In this document: one piece after another, positions 10,262 through 19,153 of the stretch
How the letters are laid out: each line of letters starts with the position of its first letter
Position numbering within the stretch: the first letter of the stretch is position 1
From: Escherichia phage DE3
Direction: 5' to 3' (one strand)
Length of the DNA stretch: 42,925 nucleotides
Sequence record: EU078592
Notes under the pieces: model-generated
What the model was told of the DNA's origin: nothing
Databases searched by the model: none
The model's input: the letters and a program-made list of their open reading frames with translations, nothing else
Program-made: the position numbers and the translations under genes

Positions 10262-10630
10262 TCAGGCGGCCTTGATAGTCATATCATCTGAATCAAATAT
10301 TCCTGATGTATCGATATCGGTAATTCTTATTCCTTCGCTACCATCCATTGGAGGCCATCCTTCCTGACCATTTCCATCATTCCAGTCGAACTCACACACA
10401 ACACCATATGCATTTAAGTCGCTTGAAATTGCTATAAGCAGAGCATGTTGCGCCAGCATGATTAATACAGCATTTAATACAGAGCCGTGTTTATTGAGTC
10501 GGTATTCAGAGTCTGACCAGAAATTATTAATCTGGTGAAGTTTTTCCTCTGTCATTACGTCATGGTCGATTTCAATTTCTATTGATGCTTTCCAGTCGTA
10601 ATCAATGATGTATTTTTTGATGTTTGACAT
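10262..10630 (-). CDS. ea10: Ea10 (122 aa)
   Basis: 122-aa ORF at expected position downstream of cIII. Confidence 0.85.
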   Translation of the reverse strand: MSNIKKYIIDYDWKASIEIEIDHDVMTEEKLHQINNFWSDSEYRLNKHGSVLNAVLIMLAQHALLIAISSDLNAYGVVCEFDWNDGNGQEGWPPMDGSEGIRITDIDTSGIFDSDDMTIKAA

Positions 10631-10812
10631 CTGTTCATATCCTCACAGATAAAAAATCGCCCTCACACTGGAGGGCAAAGAAGATTTCCAATAATCAGAA
10701 CAAGTCGGCTCCTGTTTAGTTACGAGCGACATTGCTCCGTGTATTCACTCGTTGGAATGAATACACAGTGCAGTGTTTATTCTGTTATTTATGCCAAAAA
10801 TAAAGGCCACTA

Positions 10813-11013
10813 TCAGGCAGCTTTGTTGTTCTGTTTACCAAGTTCTCTGGCAATCATTGCCGTCGTTCGTATTGCCCATTTATCGACATATTTCCCATCT
10901 TCCATTACAGGAAACATTTCTTCAGGCTTAACCATGCATTCCGATTGCAGCTTGCATCCATTGCATCGCTTGAATTGTCCACACCATTGATTTTTATCAA
11001 TAGTCGTAGTCAT
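10813..11013 (-). CDS. ral: Ral restriction-alleviation protein (66 aa)
   Basis: MTTTIDKNQWCGQFKRCNGCKLQSECMVKPEEMFPVMEDGKYVDKWAIRTTAMIARELGKQNNKAA. Confidence 0.88.
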   Translation of the reverse strand: MTTTIDKNQWCGQFKRCNGCKLQSECMVKPEEMFPVMEDGKYVDKWAIRTTAMIARELGKQNNKAA

Positions 11014-11091
11014 ACGGATAGTCCTGGTATTGTTCCATCACATCCTGAGGATGCTCTTCGAACTCTTCAAATTCTTCTTCCATATATCACC

Positions 11092-11391
11092 TCAAATAAG
11101 TGGTTTGCTGCCTAATTTAATTTTCTGGCGACCAACACAAGTCACACCCATTTCACTGCGTGGCTTGCTGTAGTAAATACGGTTCTGTTTACGCTCGACT
11201 TCTTCTGCCTTCTTGCAGCGAAGGCTTCCGAGTGATGCTGCTTTATCTGCTCTGACGCAACCAGAGAGCTTTAGCGCAATTTTTCGCGCCAGTGCTTCAT
11301 TACTGCGTCGCTCGGCAATAAGTTCTGCTCTGCGAGCTTTGTAGCGGCTTTTTGCCGTACCTTTGGATTCTTTCCAGACAATGGTTACCAT
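11092..11391 (-). CDS. N: N antiterminator, heterologous (phage 21-like), 99 aa with N-terminal arginine-rich motif
   Basis: MVTIVWKESKGTAKSRYKARRAELIAERRSN...; GGAG 7 nt upstream of this ATG; not the lambda N sequence. Confidence 0.85.
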   Translation of the reverse strand: MVTIVWKESKGTAKSRYKARRAELIAERRSNEALARKIALKLSGCVRADKAASLGSLRCKKAEEVERKQNRIYYSKPRSEMGVTCVGRQKIKLGSKPLI

Positions 11392-11501
11392 GATGGTCTC
11401 CTTTAAGTGGCTTTGGCGCATGACGCGTCGAGGTGCTTATCTTCTCGATCGCTGTCTTGTAGCTGCAATTCGCGCCATCCCCAAAACCACTCAAGTTCTG
11501 G

Positions 11502-11541
11502 TCTCAACGGTTAGGTTGAGAGTCCGTCGATGTTAAAGAGC
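11502..11541 (-). promoter_or_regulatory. nutL: nutL: boxA (GCTCTTTAACA, 11531-11541) and boxB hairpin (UCUCAAC-CUAACC-GUUGAGA, 11502-11521)
   Basis: Perfect 7-bp stem with 6-nt loop on the leftward transcript, boxA-like element 10 nt 5' of it. Confidence 0.75.
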
Positions 11542-11583
11542 CTGCCAATCTGTTCCGTTTGGCTTCCAGCGTCCTGCTGATGG

Positions 11584-11680
11584 CTTAAATTTAAGACTTC
11601 TTAATTTATTGGTCAAGTGCATTTTTGAAGAAAACTTAATTTTATGGGCGTGAATTTAGTTTGTCTTTGATTTTTAACGG
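11584..11680 (-). promoter_or_regulatory. OL/pL region of the heterologous immunity module; candidate pL -35 TTGACC (11611-11616) and -10 TAAATT (11588-11593) with operator-like palindrome between
   Basis: TTAAGACTTCTTAA at 11591-11604 and CTTAAATTTAAG at 11584-11595, read on minus strand. Confidence 0.55.
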
Positions 11681-11682
11681 GA

Positions 11683-11703
11683 AATAAAAAAGGGGCGAAA
11701 GCC
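11683..11703 (-). terminator. Intrinsic terminator immediately downstream of cI (minus strand)
   Basis: GGGGC-TTTC-GCCCC stem-loop followed by TTTTTTATTT on the minus strand. Confidence 0.7.
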
Positions 11704-11705
11704 CC

Positions 11706-12356
11706 TTAAGGAAGGTTTGCTAGCTTGGCATCAACGACAACGCCAATGATTTTACAGTTCCCATTGATTTCAATCATTGGGTATTGTGGATTGAGTGGTT
11801 TCAGGAATTTTCTACCGGCATCAATAACTAACTTTTTGAATGTCGCCTCGTTTTCTCCTTCAAGTTTGGCGACTACCAGCTTTCCATTACGTGGTTCGAC
11901 TTCTGGGTCGACGAGAATAATCATCCCCTCAGGAATACTCAGTCCTGCCGGGGCAGTCATTGAATCGCCTTTAACGTCGAGCCAAAAAGAGTCTTCAGAA
12001 CAATCTACCGTTGTGTCGTACCAGTTATCTATTGCACGCCTATGATATGGCTCTACAGCTTCCATCCAACATCCTGCGCTTACCCAACTAATTAGAGGAT
12101 ACGAACCTCTTGGATCATGCCTGCTGTGATAGGCAATGTTTGAAAGACTATCCTCTCCTTTCAACAGGTAATCAGGGGAGCACTGCAAAGCCTTGGCTAA
12201 GGCCAATAGGTTTTCGCCATTGGGCTCAGTTTCAGATCGCTCCCATTGGGAAATAGCAACATTAGACACGCCAACCATCTTGCCAAGGGCAGCCTGCCTA
12301 ATCTTGAGTTCTTTTCTGCGAGCGCGAATACGCTCACCCATCAGTTGTGTATTCAT
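11706..12356 (-). CDS. cI: CI repressor, heterologous (phage 21-like), 216 aa, HTH N-domain plus LexA/S24-like C-domain
   Basis: MNTQLMGERIRARRKELKIRQAALGKMVGVSNVAISQWERSETEPNGENLLALAKAL...GDSMTAPAG...; not lambda or 434 cI. Confidence 0.9.
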   Translation of the reverse strand: MNTQLMGERIRARRKELKIRQAALGKMVGVSNVAISQWERSETEPNGENLLALAKALQCSPDYLLKGEDSLSNIAYHSRHDPRGSYPLISWVSAGCWMEAVEPYHRRAIDNWYDTTVDCSEDSFWLDVKGDSMTAPAGLSIPEGMIILVDPEVEPRNGKLVVAKLEGENEATFKKLVIDAGRKFLKPLNPQYPMIEINGNCKIIGVVVDAKLANLP

Positions 12357-12436
12357 AGTTAAGACATCTTAAATAAACTTGACTTAAGATTCCTTTGGTG
12401 GATAATTTAAGTGTTCTTTAATTTCGGAGCGAGTCT
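12357..12436. promoter_or_regulatory. OR/pRM/pR region; pR -35 TTGACT (12379-12384), -10 GATAAT (12401-12406); operator-like palindrome TTAAGACATCTTAA (12359-12372)
   Basis: Divergent cI and cro ORFs separated by 80 bp; consensus-like sigma70 hexamers with 16-bp spacer. Confidence 0.7.
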
Positions 12437-12622
12437 ATGTACAAAAAAGATGTTATTGACCACTTCGGAACCCAGCGTGCTGTTGCTAAAGCACTAGGCA
12501 TTAGCGATGCAGCAGTCTCTCAGTGGAAAGAAGTTATCCCAGAGAAAGACGCCTATCGATTGGAAATCGTTACAGCTGGCGCCCTGAAGTATCAAGAAAG
12601 TGCTTACCGCCAAGCGGCATAA
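12437..12622 (+). CDS. cro: Cro, heterologous (phage 21-like), 61 aa
   Basis: MYKKDVIDHFGTQRAVAKALGISDAAVSQWKEVIPEKDAYRLEIVTAGALKYQESAYRQAA; HTH, not lambda Cro. Confidence 0.88.
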   Translation: MYKKDVIDHFGTQRAVAKALGISDAAVSQWKEVIPEKDAYRLEIVTAGALKYQESAYRQAA

Positions 12623-12628
12623 GCAAAT

Positions 12629-12669
12629 TGCTCTTTAACAGTTCTGGCCTTTCACCTCTAACCGGGTGA
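12629..12669 (+). promoter_or_regulatory. nutR: nutR: boxA (TGCTCTTTAACA, 12629-12640) and boxB hairpin (UCACCU-CUAACC-GGGUGA, 12652-12669)
   Basis: Same CUAACC loop as the nutL hairpin; stem differs. Confidence 0.7.
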
Positions 12670-12737
12670 GCAAACATCAGCGGCAAATCCATTGGGTGTG
12701 CCGCTATAACTCAATATCAATATAGGTAAATTAACAA

Positions 12738-13037
12738 ATGGCACAAGCAAGCTACAGCAAGCCAACACAGCGAGAAATTGATCGCGCTGAAACTGATTTA
12801 CTCATCAACCTGTCAACGCTTACCCAGCGCGGTCTGGCAAAGATGATTGGCTGTCATGAATCGAAGATAAGCAGAACGGACTGGAGATTTATTGCTTCGG
12901 TCTTGTGTGCTTTCGGAATGGCATCAGACATCAGTCCGATTAGCAGGGCTTTTAAGTATGCGCTTGATGGACTCACAAAGAAAAAACGCCCGGTGTGCAA
13001 GACCGAGCGTTCTGAACAAATCCAGATGGAGTTCTGA
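12738..13037 (+). CDS. cII: CII transcriptional activator, hybrid (heterologous N-terminal part, lambda-identical C-terminus)
   Basis: MAQASYSKPTQREIDRAETDLLINL...KKKRPVCKTERSEQIQMEF; only the C-terminal TERSEQIQMEF matches lambda CII as I recall it. Confidence 0.85.
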   Translation: MAQASYSKPTQREIDRAETDLLINLSTLTQRGLAKMIGCHESKISRTDWRFIASVLCAFGMASDISPISRAFKYALDGLTKKKRPVCKTERSEQIQMEF

Positions 13038-13059
13038 GGTCATTACTGGATCTATCAAC
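12983..13059 (-). ncRNA. oop: OOP antisense RNA (approximate; position inferred from lambda map)
   Basis: A-run at 12980-12985 (U-run on minus strand) preceded by GC-rich imperfect hairpin inside the cII 3' end. Confidence 0.4.
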
Positions 13060-13069
13060 AGGAGTCATT

Positions 13070-13969
13070 ATGACAAATACAGCAAAAATACTCAACTTCG
13101 GCAGAGGTAACTTTGCCGGACAGGAGCGTAATGTGGCAGATCTCGATGATGGTTACGCCAGACTATCAAATATGCTGCTTGAGGCTTATTCGGGCGCAGA
13201 TCTGACCAAGCGACAGTTTAAAGTGCTGCTTGCCATTCTGCGTAAAACCTATGGGTGGAATAAACCAATGGACAGAATCACCGATTCTCAACTTAGCGAG
13301 ATTACAAAGTTACCTGTCAAACGGTGCAATGAAGCCAAGTTAGAACTCGTCAGAATGAATATTATCAAGCAGCAAGGCGGCATGTTTGGACCAAATAAAA
13401 ACATCTCAGAATGGTGTATCCCTCAAAACGAGGGAAAATCCCCTAAAACGAGGGATAAAACATCCCTCAAATTGGGGGATTGCTATCCCTCAAAACAGGG
13501 GGACACAAAAGACACTATTACAAAAGAAAAAAGAAAAGATTATTCGTCAGAGAATTCTGGCGAATCCTCTGACCAGCCAGAAAACGACCTTTCTGTGGTG
13601 AAACCGGATGCTGCAATTCAGAGCGGCAGCAAGTGGGGGACAGCAGAAGACCTGACCGCCGCAGAGTGGATGTTTGACATGGTGAAGACTATCGCACCAT
13701 CAGCCAGAAAACCGAATTTTGCTGGGTGGGCTAACGATATCCGCCTGATGCGTGAACGTGACGGACGTAACCACCGCGACATGTGTGTGCTGTTCCGCTG
13801 GGCATGCCAGGACAACTTCTGGTCCGGTAACGTGCTGAGCCCGGCCAAACTCCGCGATAAGTGGACCCAACTCGAAATCAACCGTAACAAGCAACAGGCA
13901 GGCGTGACAGCCAGCAAACCAAAACTCGACCTGACAAACACAGACTGGATTTACGGGGTGGATCTATGA
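13070..13969 (+). CDS. O: Replication initiator O (299 aa)
   Basis: MTNTAKILNFGRGNFAGQERNVADLDDGYARLSNMLLEAYSGADLTKRQFKVLLAILRKTYGW... Confidence 0.96.
   Translation: MTNTAKILNFGRGNFAGQERNVADLDDGYARLSNMLLEAYSGADLTKRQFKVLLAILRKTYGWNKPMDRITDSQLSEITKLPVKRCNEAKLELVRMNIIKQQGGMFGPNKNISEWCIPQNEGKSPKTRDKTSLKLGDCYPSKQGDTKDTITKEKRKDYSSENSGESSDQPENDLSVVKPDAAIQSGSKWGTAEDLTAAEWMFDMVKTIAPSARKPNFAGWANDIRLMRERDGRNHRDMCVLFRWACQDNFWSGNVLSPAKLRDKWTQLEINRNKQQAGVTASKPKLDLTNTDWIYGVDL
13417..13545. repeat. ori: ori-lambda: four ~19-bp iterons (ATCCCTCAAAACGAGGGA-like) plus adjacent A/T-rich unwinding region, inside O
   Basis: Four direct repeats 13418-13504 followed by ACAAAAGACACTATTACAAAAGAAAAAAGAAAAGATTATT. 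Confidence 0.9.
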
Positions 13970-14667
13970 AAAACATCGCCGCACAGATGGTTAACTTTGA
14001 CCGTGAGCAGATGCGTCGGATCGCCAACAACATGCCGGAACAGTACGACGAAAAGCCGCAGGTACAGCAGGTAGCGCAGATCATCAACGGTGTGTTCAGC
14101 CAGTTACTGGCAACTTTCCCGGCGAGCCTGGCTAACCGTGACCAGAACGAAGTGAACGAAATCCGTCGCCAGTGGGTTCTGGCTTTTCGGGAAAACGGGA
14201 TCACCACGATGGAACAGGTTAACGCAGGAATGCGCGTAGCCCGTCGGCAGAATCGACCATTTCTGCCATCACCCGGGCAGTTTGTTGCATGGTGCCGGGA
14301 AGAAGCATCCGTTACCGCCGGACTGCCAAACGTCAGCGAGCTGGTTGATATGGTTTACGAGTATTGCCGGAAGCGAGGCCTGTATCCGGATGCGGAGTCT
14401 TATCCGTGGAAATCAAACGCGCACTACTGGCTGGTTACCAACCTGTATCAGAACATGCGGGCCAATGCGCTTACTGATGCGGAATTACGCCGTAAGGCCG
14501 CAGATGAGCTTGTCCATATGACTGCGAGAATTAACCGTGGTGAGGCGATCCCTGAACCAGTAAAACAACTTCCTGTCATGGGCGGTAGACCTCTAAATCG
14601 TGCACAGGCTCTGGCGAAGATCGCAGAAATCAAAGCTAAGTTCGGACTGAAAGGAGCAAGTGTATGA
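13966..14667 (+). CDS. P: Replication protein P (helicase loader), 233 aa
   Basis: [71 protein letters not shown]... Confidence 0.96.
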
Positions 14668-15467
14668 CGGGCAAAGAGGCAATTATTCATTACCTGGGGA
14701 CGCATAATAGCTTCTGTGCGCCGGACGTTGCCGCGCTAACAGGCGCAACAGTAACCAGCATAAATCAGGCCGCGGCTAAAATGGCACGGGCAGGTCTTCT
14801 GGTTATCGAAGGTAAGGTCTGGCGAACGGTGTATTACCGGTTTGCTACCAGGGAAGAACGGGAAGGAAAGATGAGCACGAACCTGATGAACAAACTGGAT
14901 ACGATTGGATTCGACAACAAAAAAGACCTGCTTATCTCGGTGGGCGATTTGGTTGATCGTGGTGCAGAGAACGTTGAATGCCTGGAATTAATCACATTCC
15001 CCTGGTTCAGAGCTGTACGTGGAAACCATGAGCAAATGATGATTGATGGCTTATCAGAGCGTGGAAACGTTAATCACTGGCTGCTTAATGGCGGTGGCTG
15101 GTTCTTTAATCTCGATTACGACAAAGAAATTCTGGCTAAAGCTCTTGCCCATAAAGCAGATGAACTTCCGTTAATCATCGAACTGGTGAGCAAAGATAAA
15201 AAATATGTTATCTGCCACGCCGATTATCCCTTTGACGAATACGAGTTTGGAAAGCCAGTTGATCATCAGCAGGTAATCTGGAACCGCGAACGAATCAGCA
15301 ACTCACAAAACGGGATCGTGAAAGAAATCAAAGGCGCGGACACGTTCATCTTTGGTCATACGCCAGCAGTGAAACCACTCAAGTTTGCCAACCAAATGTA
15401 TATCGATACCGGCGCAGTGTTCTGCGGAAACCTAACATTGATTCAGGTACAGGGAGAAGGCGCATGA
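14664..15467 (+). CDS. In-frame ren'-'ninI fusion created by nin5-type deletion (Ren residues 1-74 joined to lambda Ser/Thr phosphatase from ~residue 26)
   Basis: [30 protein letters not shown]...EGKMSTNL|[26 protein letters not shown]...GNHE...; junction ~14877-14886. Confidence 0.85.
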
Positions 15468-16087
15468 GACTCGAAAGCGTAGCTAAATTTCATTCGCCAA
15501 AAAGCCCGATGATGAGCGACTCACCACGGGCCACGGCTTCTGACTCTCTTTCCGGTACTGATGTGATGGCTGCTATGGGGATGGCGCAATCACAAGCCGG
15601 ATTCGGTATGGCTGCATTCTGCGGTAAGCACGAACTCAGCCAGAACGACAAACAAAAGGCTATCAACTATCTGATGCAATTTGCACACAAGGTATCGGGG
15701 AAATACCGTGGTGTGGCATATCTTGAAGGAAATACTAAGGCAAAGGTACTGCAAGTGCTCGCAACATTCGCTTATGCGGATTATTGCCGTAGTGCCGCGA
15801 CGCCGGGGGCAAGATGCAGAGATTGCCATGGTACAGGCCGTGCGGTTGATATTGCCAAAACAGAGCTGTGGGGGAGAGTTGTCGAGAAAGAGTGCGGAAG
15901 ATGCAAAGGCGTCGGCTATTCAAGGATGCCAGCAAGCGCAGCATATCGCGCTGTGACGATGCTAATCCCAAACCTTACCCAACCCACCTGGTCACGCACT
16001 GTTAAGCCGCTGTATGACGCTCTGGTGGTGCAATGCCACAAAGAAGAGTCAATCGCAGACAACATTTTGAATGCGGTCACACGTTAG
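15464..16087 (+). CDS. Q: Q late antiterminator (207 aa)
   Basis: [72 protein letters not shown]... Confidence 0.95.
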
Positions 16088-16129
16088 CAGCATGATTGCC
16101 ACGGATGGCAACATATTAACGGCATGATA

Positions 16130-16165
16130 TTGACTTATTGAATAAAATTGGGTAAATTTGACTCA
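16130..16165 (+). promoter_or_regulatory. Late promoter pR' with qut site (-35 TTGACT 16130-16135, -10 TAAATT 16153-16158)
   Basis: Consensus-like hexamers, 17-bp spacer, immediately downstream of Q. Confidence 0.85.
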
Positions 16166-16358
16166 ACGATGGGTTAATTCGCTCGTTGTGGTAGTGAGAT
16201 GAAAAGAGGCGGCGCTTACTACCGATTCCGCCTAGTTGGTCACTTCGACGTATCGTCTGGAACTCCAACCATCGCAGGCAGAGAGGTCTGCAAAATGCAA
16301 TCCCGAAACAGTTCGCAGGTAATAGTTAGAGCCTGCATAACGGTTTCGGGATTTTTTA
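16165..16358 (+). ncRNA. 6S late leader RNA (pR' to tR', ~194 nt)
   Basis: Span from pR' start to the tR' hairpin-plus-U-tract. Confidence 0.7.
16298..16358 (+). terminator. tR' intrinsic terminator
   Basis: AATCCCGAAAC ... GTTTCGGGATT stem followed by TTTTTTAT. Confidence 0.85.
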
Positions 16359-16763
16359 TATCTGCACAACAGGTAAGAGCATTGAGTCGATAATCGTGAA
16401 GAGTCGGCGAGCCTGGTTAGCCAGTGCTCTTTCCGTTGTGCTGAATTAAGCGAATACCGGAAGCAGAACCGGATCACCAAATGCGTACAGGCGTCATCGC
16501 CGCCCAGCAACAGCACAACCCAAACTGAGCCGTAGCCACTGTCTGTCCTGAATTCATTAGTAATAGTTACGCTGCGGCCTTTTACACATGACCTTCGTGA
16601 AAGCGGGTGGCAGGAGGTCGCGCTAACAACCTCCTGCCGTTTTGCCCGTGCATATCGGTCACGAACAAATCTGATTACTAAACACAGTAGCCTGGATTTG
16701 TTCTATCAGTAATCGACCTTATTCCTAATTAAATAGAGCAAATCCCCTTATTGGGGGTAAGAC

Positions 16764-17087
16764 ATGAAGATGCCAGAAAAACATGACCTGTTGGCCGCCA
16801 TTCTCGCGGCAAAGGAACAAGGCATCGGGGCAATCCTTGCGTTTGCAATGGCGTACCTTCGCGGCAGATATAATGGCGGTGCGTTTACAAAAACAGTAAT
16901 CGACGCAACGATGTGCGCCATTATCGCCTGGTTCATTCGTGACCTTCTCGACTTCGCCGGACTAAGTAGCAATCTCGCTTATATAACGAGCGTGTTTATC
17001 GGCTACATCGGTACTGACTCGATTGGTTCGCTTATCAAACGCTTCGCTGCTAAAAAAGCCGGAGTAGAAGATGGTAGAAATCAATAA
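16764..17087 (+). CDS. S: Holin/antiholin S (S107 from ATG 16764; S105 from ATG 16770); intact, no amber codon
   Basis: [107 protein letters not shown]. Confidence 0.96.
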   Translation: MKMPEKHDLLAAILAAKEQGIGAILAFAMAYLRGRYNGGAFTKTVIDATMCAIIAWFIRDLLDFAGLSSNLAYITSVFIGYIGTDSIGSLIKRFAAKKAGVEDGRNQ

Positions 17088-17547
17088 TCAACGTAAGGCG
17101 TTCCTCGATATGCTGGCGTGGTCGGAGGGAACTGATAACGGACGTCAGAAAACCAGAAATCATGGTTATGACGTCATTGTAGGCGGAGAGCTATTCACTG
17201 ATTACTCCGATCACCCTCGCAAACTTGTCACGCTAAACCCAAAACTCAAATCAACAGGCGCCGGACGCTACCAGCTTCTTTCCCGTTGGTGGGATGCCTA
17301 CCGCAAGCAGCTTGGCCTGAAAGACTTCTCTCCGAAAAGTCAGGACGCTGTGGCATTGCAGCAGATTAAGGAGCGTGGCGCTTTACCTATGATTGATCGT
17401 GGTGATATCCGTCAGGCAATCGACCGTTGCAGCAATATCTGGGCTTCACTGCCGGGCGCTGGTTATGGTCAGTTCGAGCATAAGGCTGACAGCCTGATTG
17501 CAAAATTCAAAGAAGCGGGCGGAACGGTCAGAGAGATTGATGTATGA
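17071..17547 (+). CDS. R: Endolysin R (lytic transglycosylase), 158 aa
   Basis: [53 protein letters not shown]... Confidence 0.96.
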   Translation: MVEINNQRKAFLDMLAWSEGTDNGRQKTRNHGYDVIVGGELFTDYSDHPRKLVTLNPKLKSTGAGRYQLLSRWWDAYRKQLGLKDFSPKSQDAVALQQIKERGALPMIDRGDIRQAIDRCSNIWASLPGAGYGQFEHKADSLIAKFKEAGGTVREIDV

Positions 17548-18005
17548 GCAGAGTCACCGCGATTATCTCCGCTCTGGTTATCTGCATCATCGTCTGCCTG
17601 TCATGGGCTGTTAATCATTACCGTGATAACGCCATTACCTACAAAGCCCAGCGCGACAAAAATGCCAGAGAACTGAAGCTGGCGAACGCGGCAATTACTG
17701 ACATGCAGATGCGTCAGCGTGATGTTGCTGCGCTCGATGCAAAATACACGAAGGAGTTAGCTGATGCTAAAGCTGAAAATGATGCTCTGCGTGATGATGT
17801 TGCCGCTGGTCGTCGTCGGTTGCACATCAAAGCAGTCTGTCAGTCAGTGCGTGAAGCCACCACCGCCTCCGGCGTGGATAATGCAGCCTCCCCCCGACTG
17901 GCAGACACCGCTGAACGGGATTATTTCACCCTCAGAGAGAGGCTGATCACTATGCAAAAACAACTGGAAGGAACCCAGAAGTATATTAATGAGCAGTGCA
18001 GATAG
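17544..18005 (+). CDS. Rz: Spanin inner-membrane subunit Rz (153 aa)
   Basis: [80 protein letters not shown]... Confidence 0.95.
   Translation: MSRVTAIISALVICIIVCLSWAVNHYRDNAITYKAQRDKNARELKLANAAITDMQMRQRDVAALDAKYTKELADAKAENDALRDDVAAGRRRLHIKAVCQSVREATTASGVDNAASPRLADTAERDYFTLRERLITMQKQLEGTQKYINEQCR
17764..17946 (+). CDS. Rz1: Spanin outer-membrane lipoprotein Rz1 (60 aa), fully embedded in Rz in the +1 frame
   Basis: [60 protein letters not shown]; lipobox LVVVGC and Pro-rich tail. Confidence 0.9.
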   Translation: MLKLKMMLCVMMLPLVVVGCTSKQSVSQCVKPPPPPAWIMQPPPDWQTPLNGIISPSERG

Positions 18006-18036
18006 AGCTGACCATATCGATGGGCAACTCATGCAA

Positions 18037-18330
18037 TTATTTTGAGCAATACACACGCGCTTCCAGCGGAGTATAAATGCCTAAAGTAATAAAACCGAGC
18101 AATCCATTTACGAATGTTTGCTGGGTTTCTGTTTTAACAACATTTTCTGCGCCGCCACAAATTTTAGCTGCATCGACAGTTTTCTTCTGCCCAATTCCAG
18201 AAACGAAGAAATGATGGGTGATGGTTTCCTTTGGTGCTACTGCTGCCGGTTTGTTTTGAACAGTAAACGTCTGTTGAGCACATCCTGTAATAAGCAGGGC
18301 CAGCGCAGTAGCGAGTAGCATTTTTTTCAT
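18037..18330 (-). CDS. bor: Bor lipoprotein (serum-resistance moron), 97 aa
   Basis: MKKMLLATALALLITGCAQQTFTVQNKPAAVAPKETITHHFFVSGIGQKKTVDAAKICGG...; signal peptide plus lipobox. Confidence 0.93.
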   Translation of the reverse strand: MKKMLLATALALLITGCAQQTFTVQNKPAAVAPKETITHHFFVSGIGQKKTVDAAKICGGAENVVKTETQQTFVNGLLGFITLGIYTPLEARVYCSK

Positions 18331-18619
18331 GGTGTTATTCCCGATGCTTTTTGAAGTTCGCAGAATCGTATGTGTAGAAAATTAAACAAACCCTAAACAA
18401 TGAGTTGAAATTTCATATTGTTAATATTTATTAATGTATGTCAGGTGCGATGAATCGTCATTGTATTCCCGGATTAACTATGTCCACAGCCCTGACGGGG
18501 AACTTCTCTGCGGGAGTGTCCGGGAATAATTAAAACGATGCACACAGGGTTTAGCGCGTACACGTATTGCATTATGCCAACGCCCCGGTGCTGACACGGA
18601 AGAAACCGGACGTTATGAT

Positions 18620-19153
18620 TTAGCGTGGAAAGATTTGTGTAGTGTTCTGAATGCTCTCAGTAAATAGTAATGAATTATCAAAGGTATAGTAATATCTTTT
18701 ATGTTCATGGATATTTGTAACCCATCGGAAAACTCCTGCTTTAGCAAGATTTTCCCTGTATTGCTGAAATGTGATTTCTCTTGATTTCAACCTATCATAG
18801 GACGTTTCTATAAGATGCGTGTTTCTTGAGAATTTAACATTTACAACCTTTTTAAGTCCTTTTATTAACACGGTGTTATCGTTTTCTAACACGATGTGAA
18901 TATTATCTGTGGCTAGATAGTAAATATAATGTGAGACGTTGTGACGTTTTAGTTCAGAATAAAACAATTCACAGTCTAAATCTTTTCGCACTTGATCGAA
19001 TATTTCTTTAAAAATGGCAACCTGAGCCATTGGTAAAACCTTCCATGTGATACGAGGGCGCGTAGTTTGCATTATCGTTTTTATCGTTTCAATCTGGTCT
19101 GACCTCCTTGTGTTTTGTTGATGATTTATGTCAAATATTAGGAATGTTTTCAC
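18620..19153 (-). CDS. Hypothetical protein lambdap78 (YbcV-like, putative envelope protein), 177 aa
   Basis: 177-aa ORF in A/T-rich segment at expected map position. Confidence 0.75.
   Translation of the reverse strand: MKTFLIFDINHQQNTRRSDQIETIKTIMQTTRPRITWKVLPMAQVAIFKEIFDQVRKDLDCELFYSELKRHNVSHYIYYLATDNIHIVLENDNTVLIKGLKKVVNVKFSRNTHLIETSYDRLKSREITFQQYRENLAKAGVFRWVTNIHEHKRYYYTFDNSLLFTESIQNTTQIFPR

Noticed and set aside
11014-11091. Looked for rexA/rexB and sieB exclusion genes around the immunity region
   Set aside because: Not present: the N to cI and cI to cro intervals are too short and the immunity module is heterologous
11300-11494. 64-codon minus-strand ORF overlapping the N start and nutL
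   Set aside because: Overlaps the 5' end of N and the nutL region in another frame; no support
13417-13510. Direct repeats that might be mistaken for a CRISPR array
   Set aside because: Only four contiguous ~19-bp iterons without spacers, inside the O gene; this is the replication origin. No CRISPR-like array seen elsewhere
16199-16393. 64-codon ORF between Q and S (orf-64 position)
   Set aside because: Lies entirely within the pR'-tR' leader (6S RNA) and spans the tR' hairpin; more plausibly non-coding, although it appears in some lambda annotations
16764-17087. Possible Sam7 amber mutation in S
   Set aside because: The S frame is open for all 107 codons, so no amber is present
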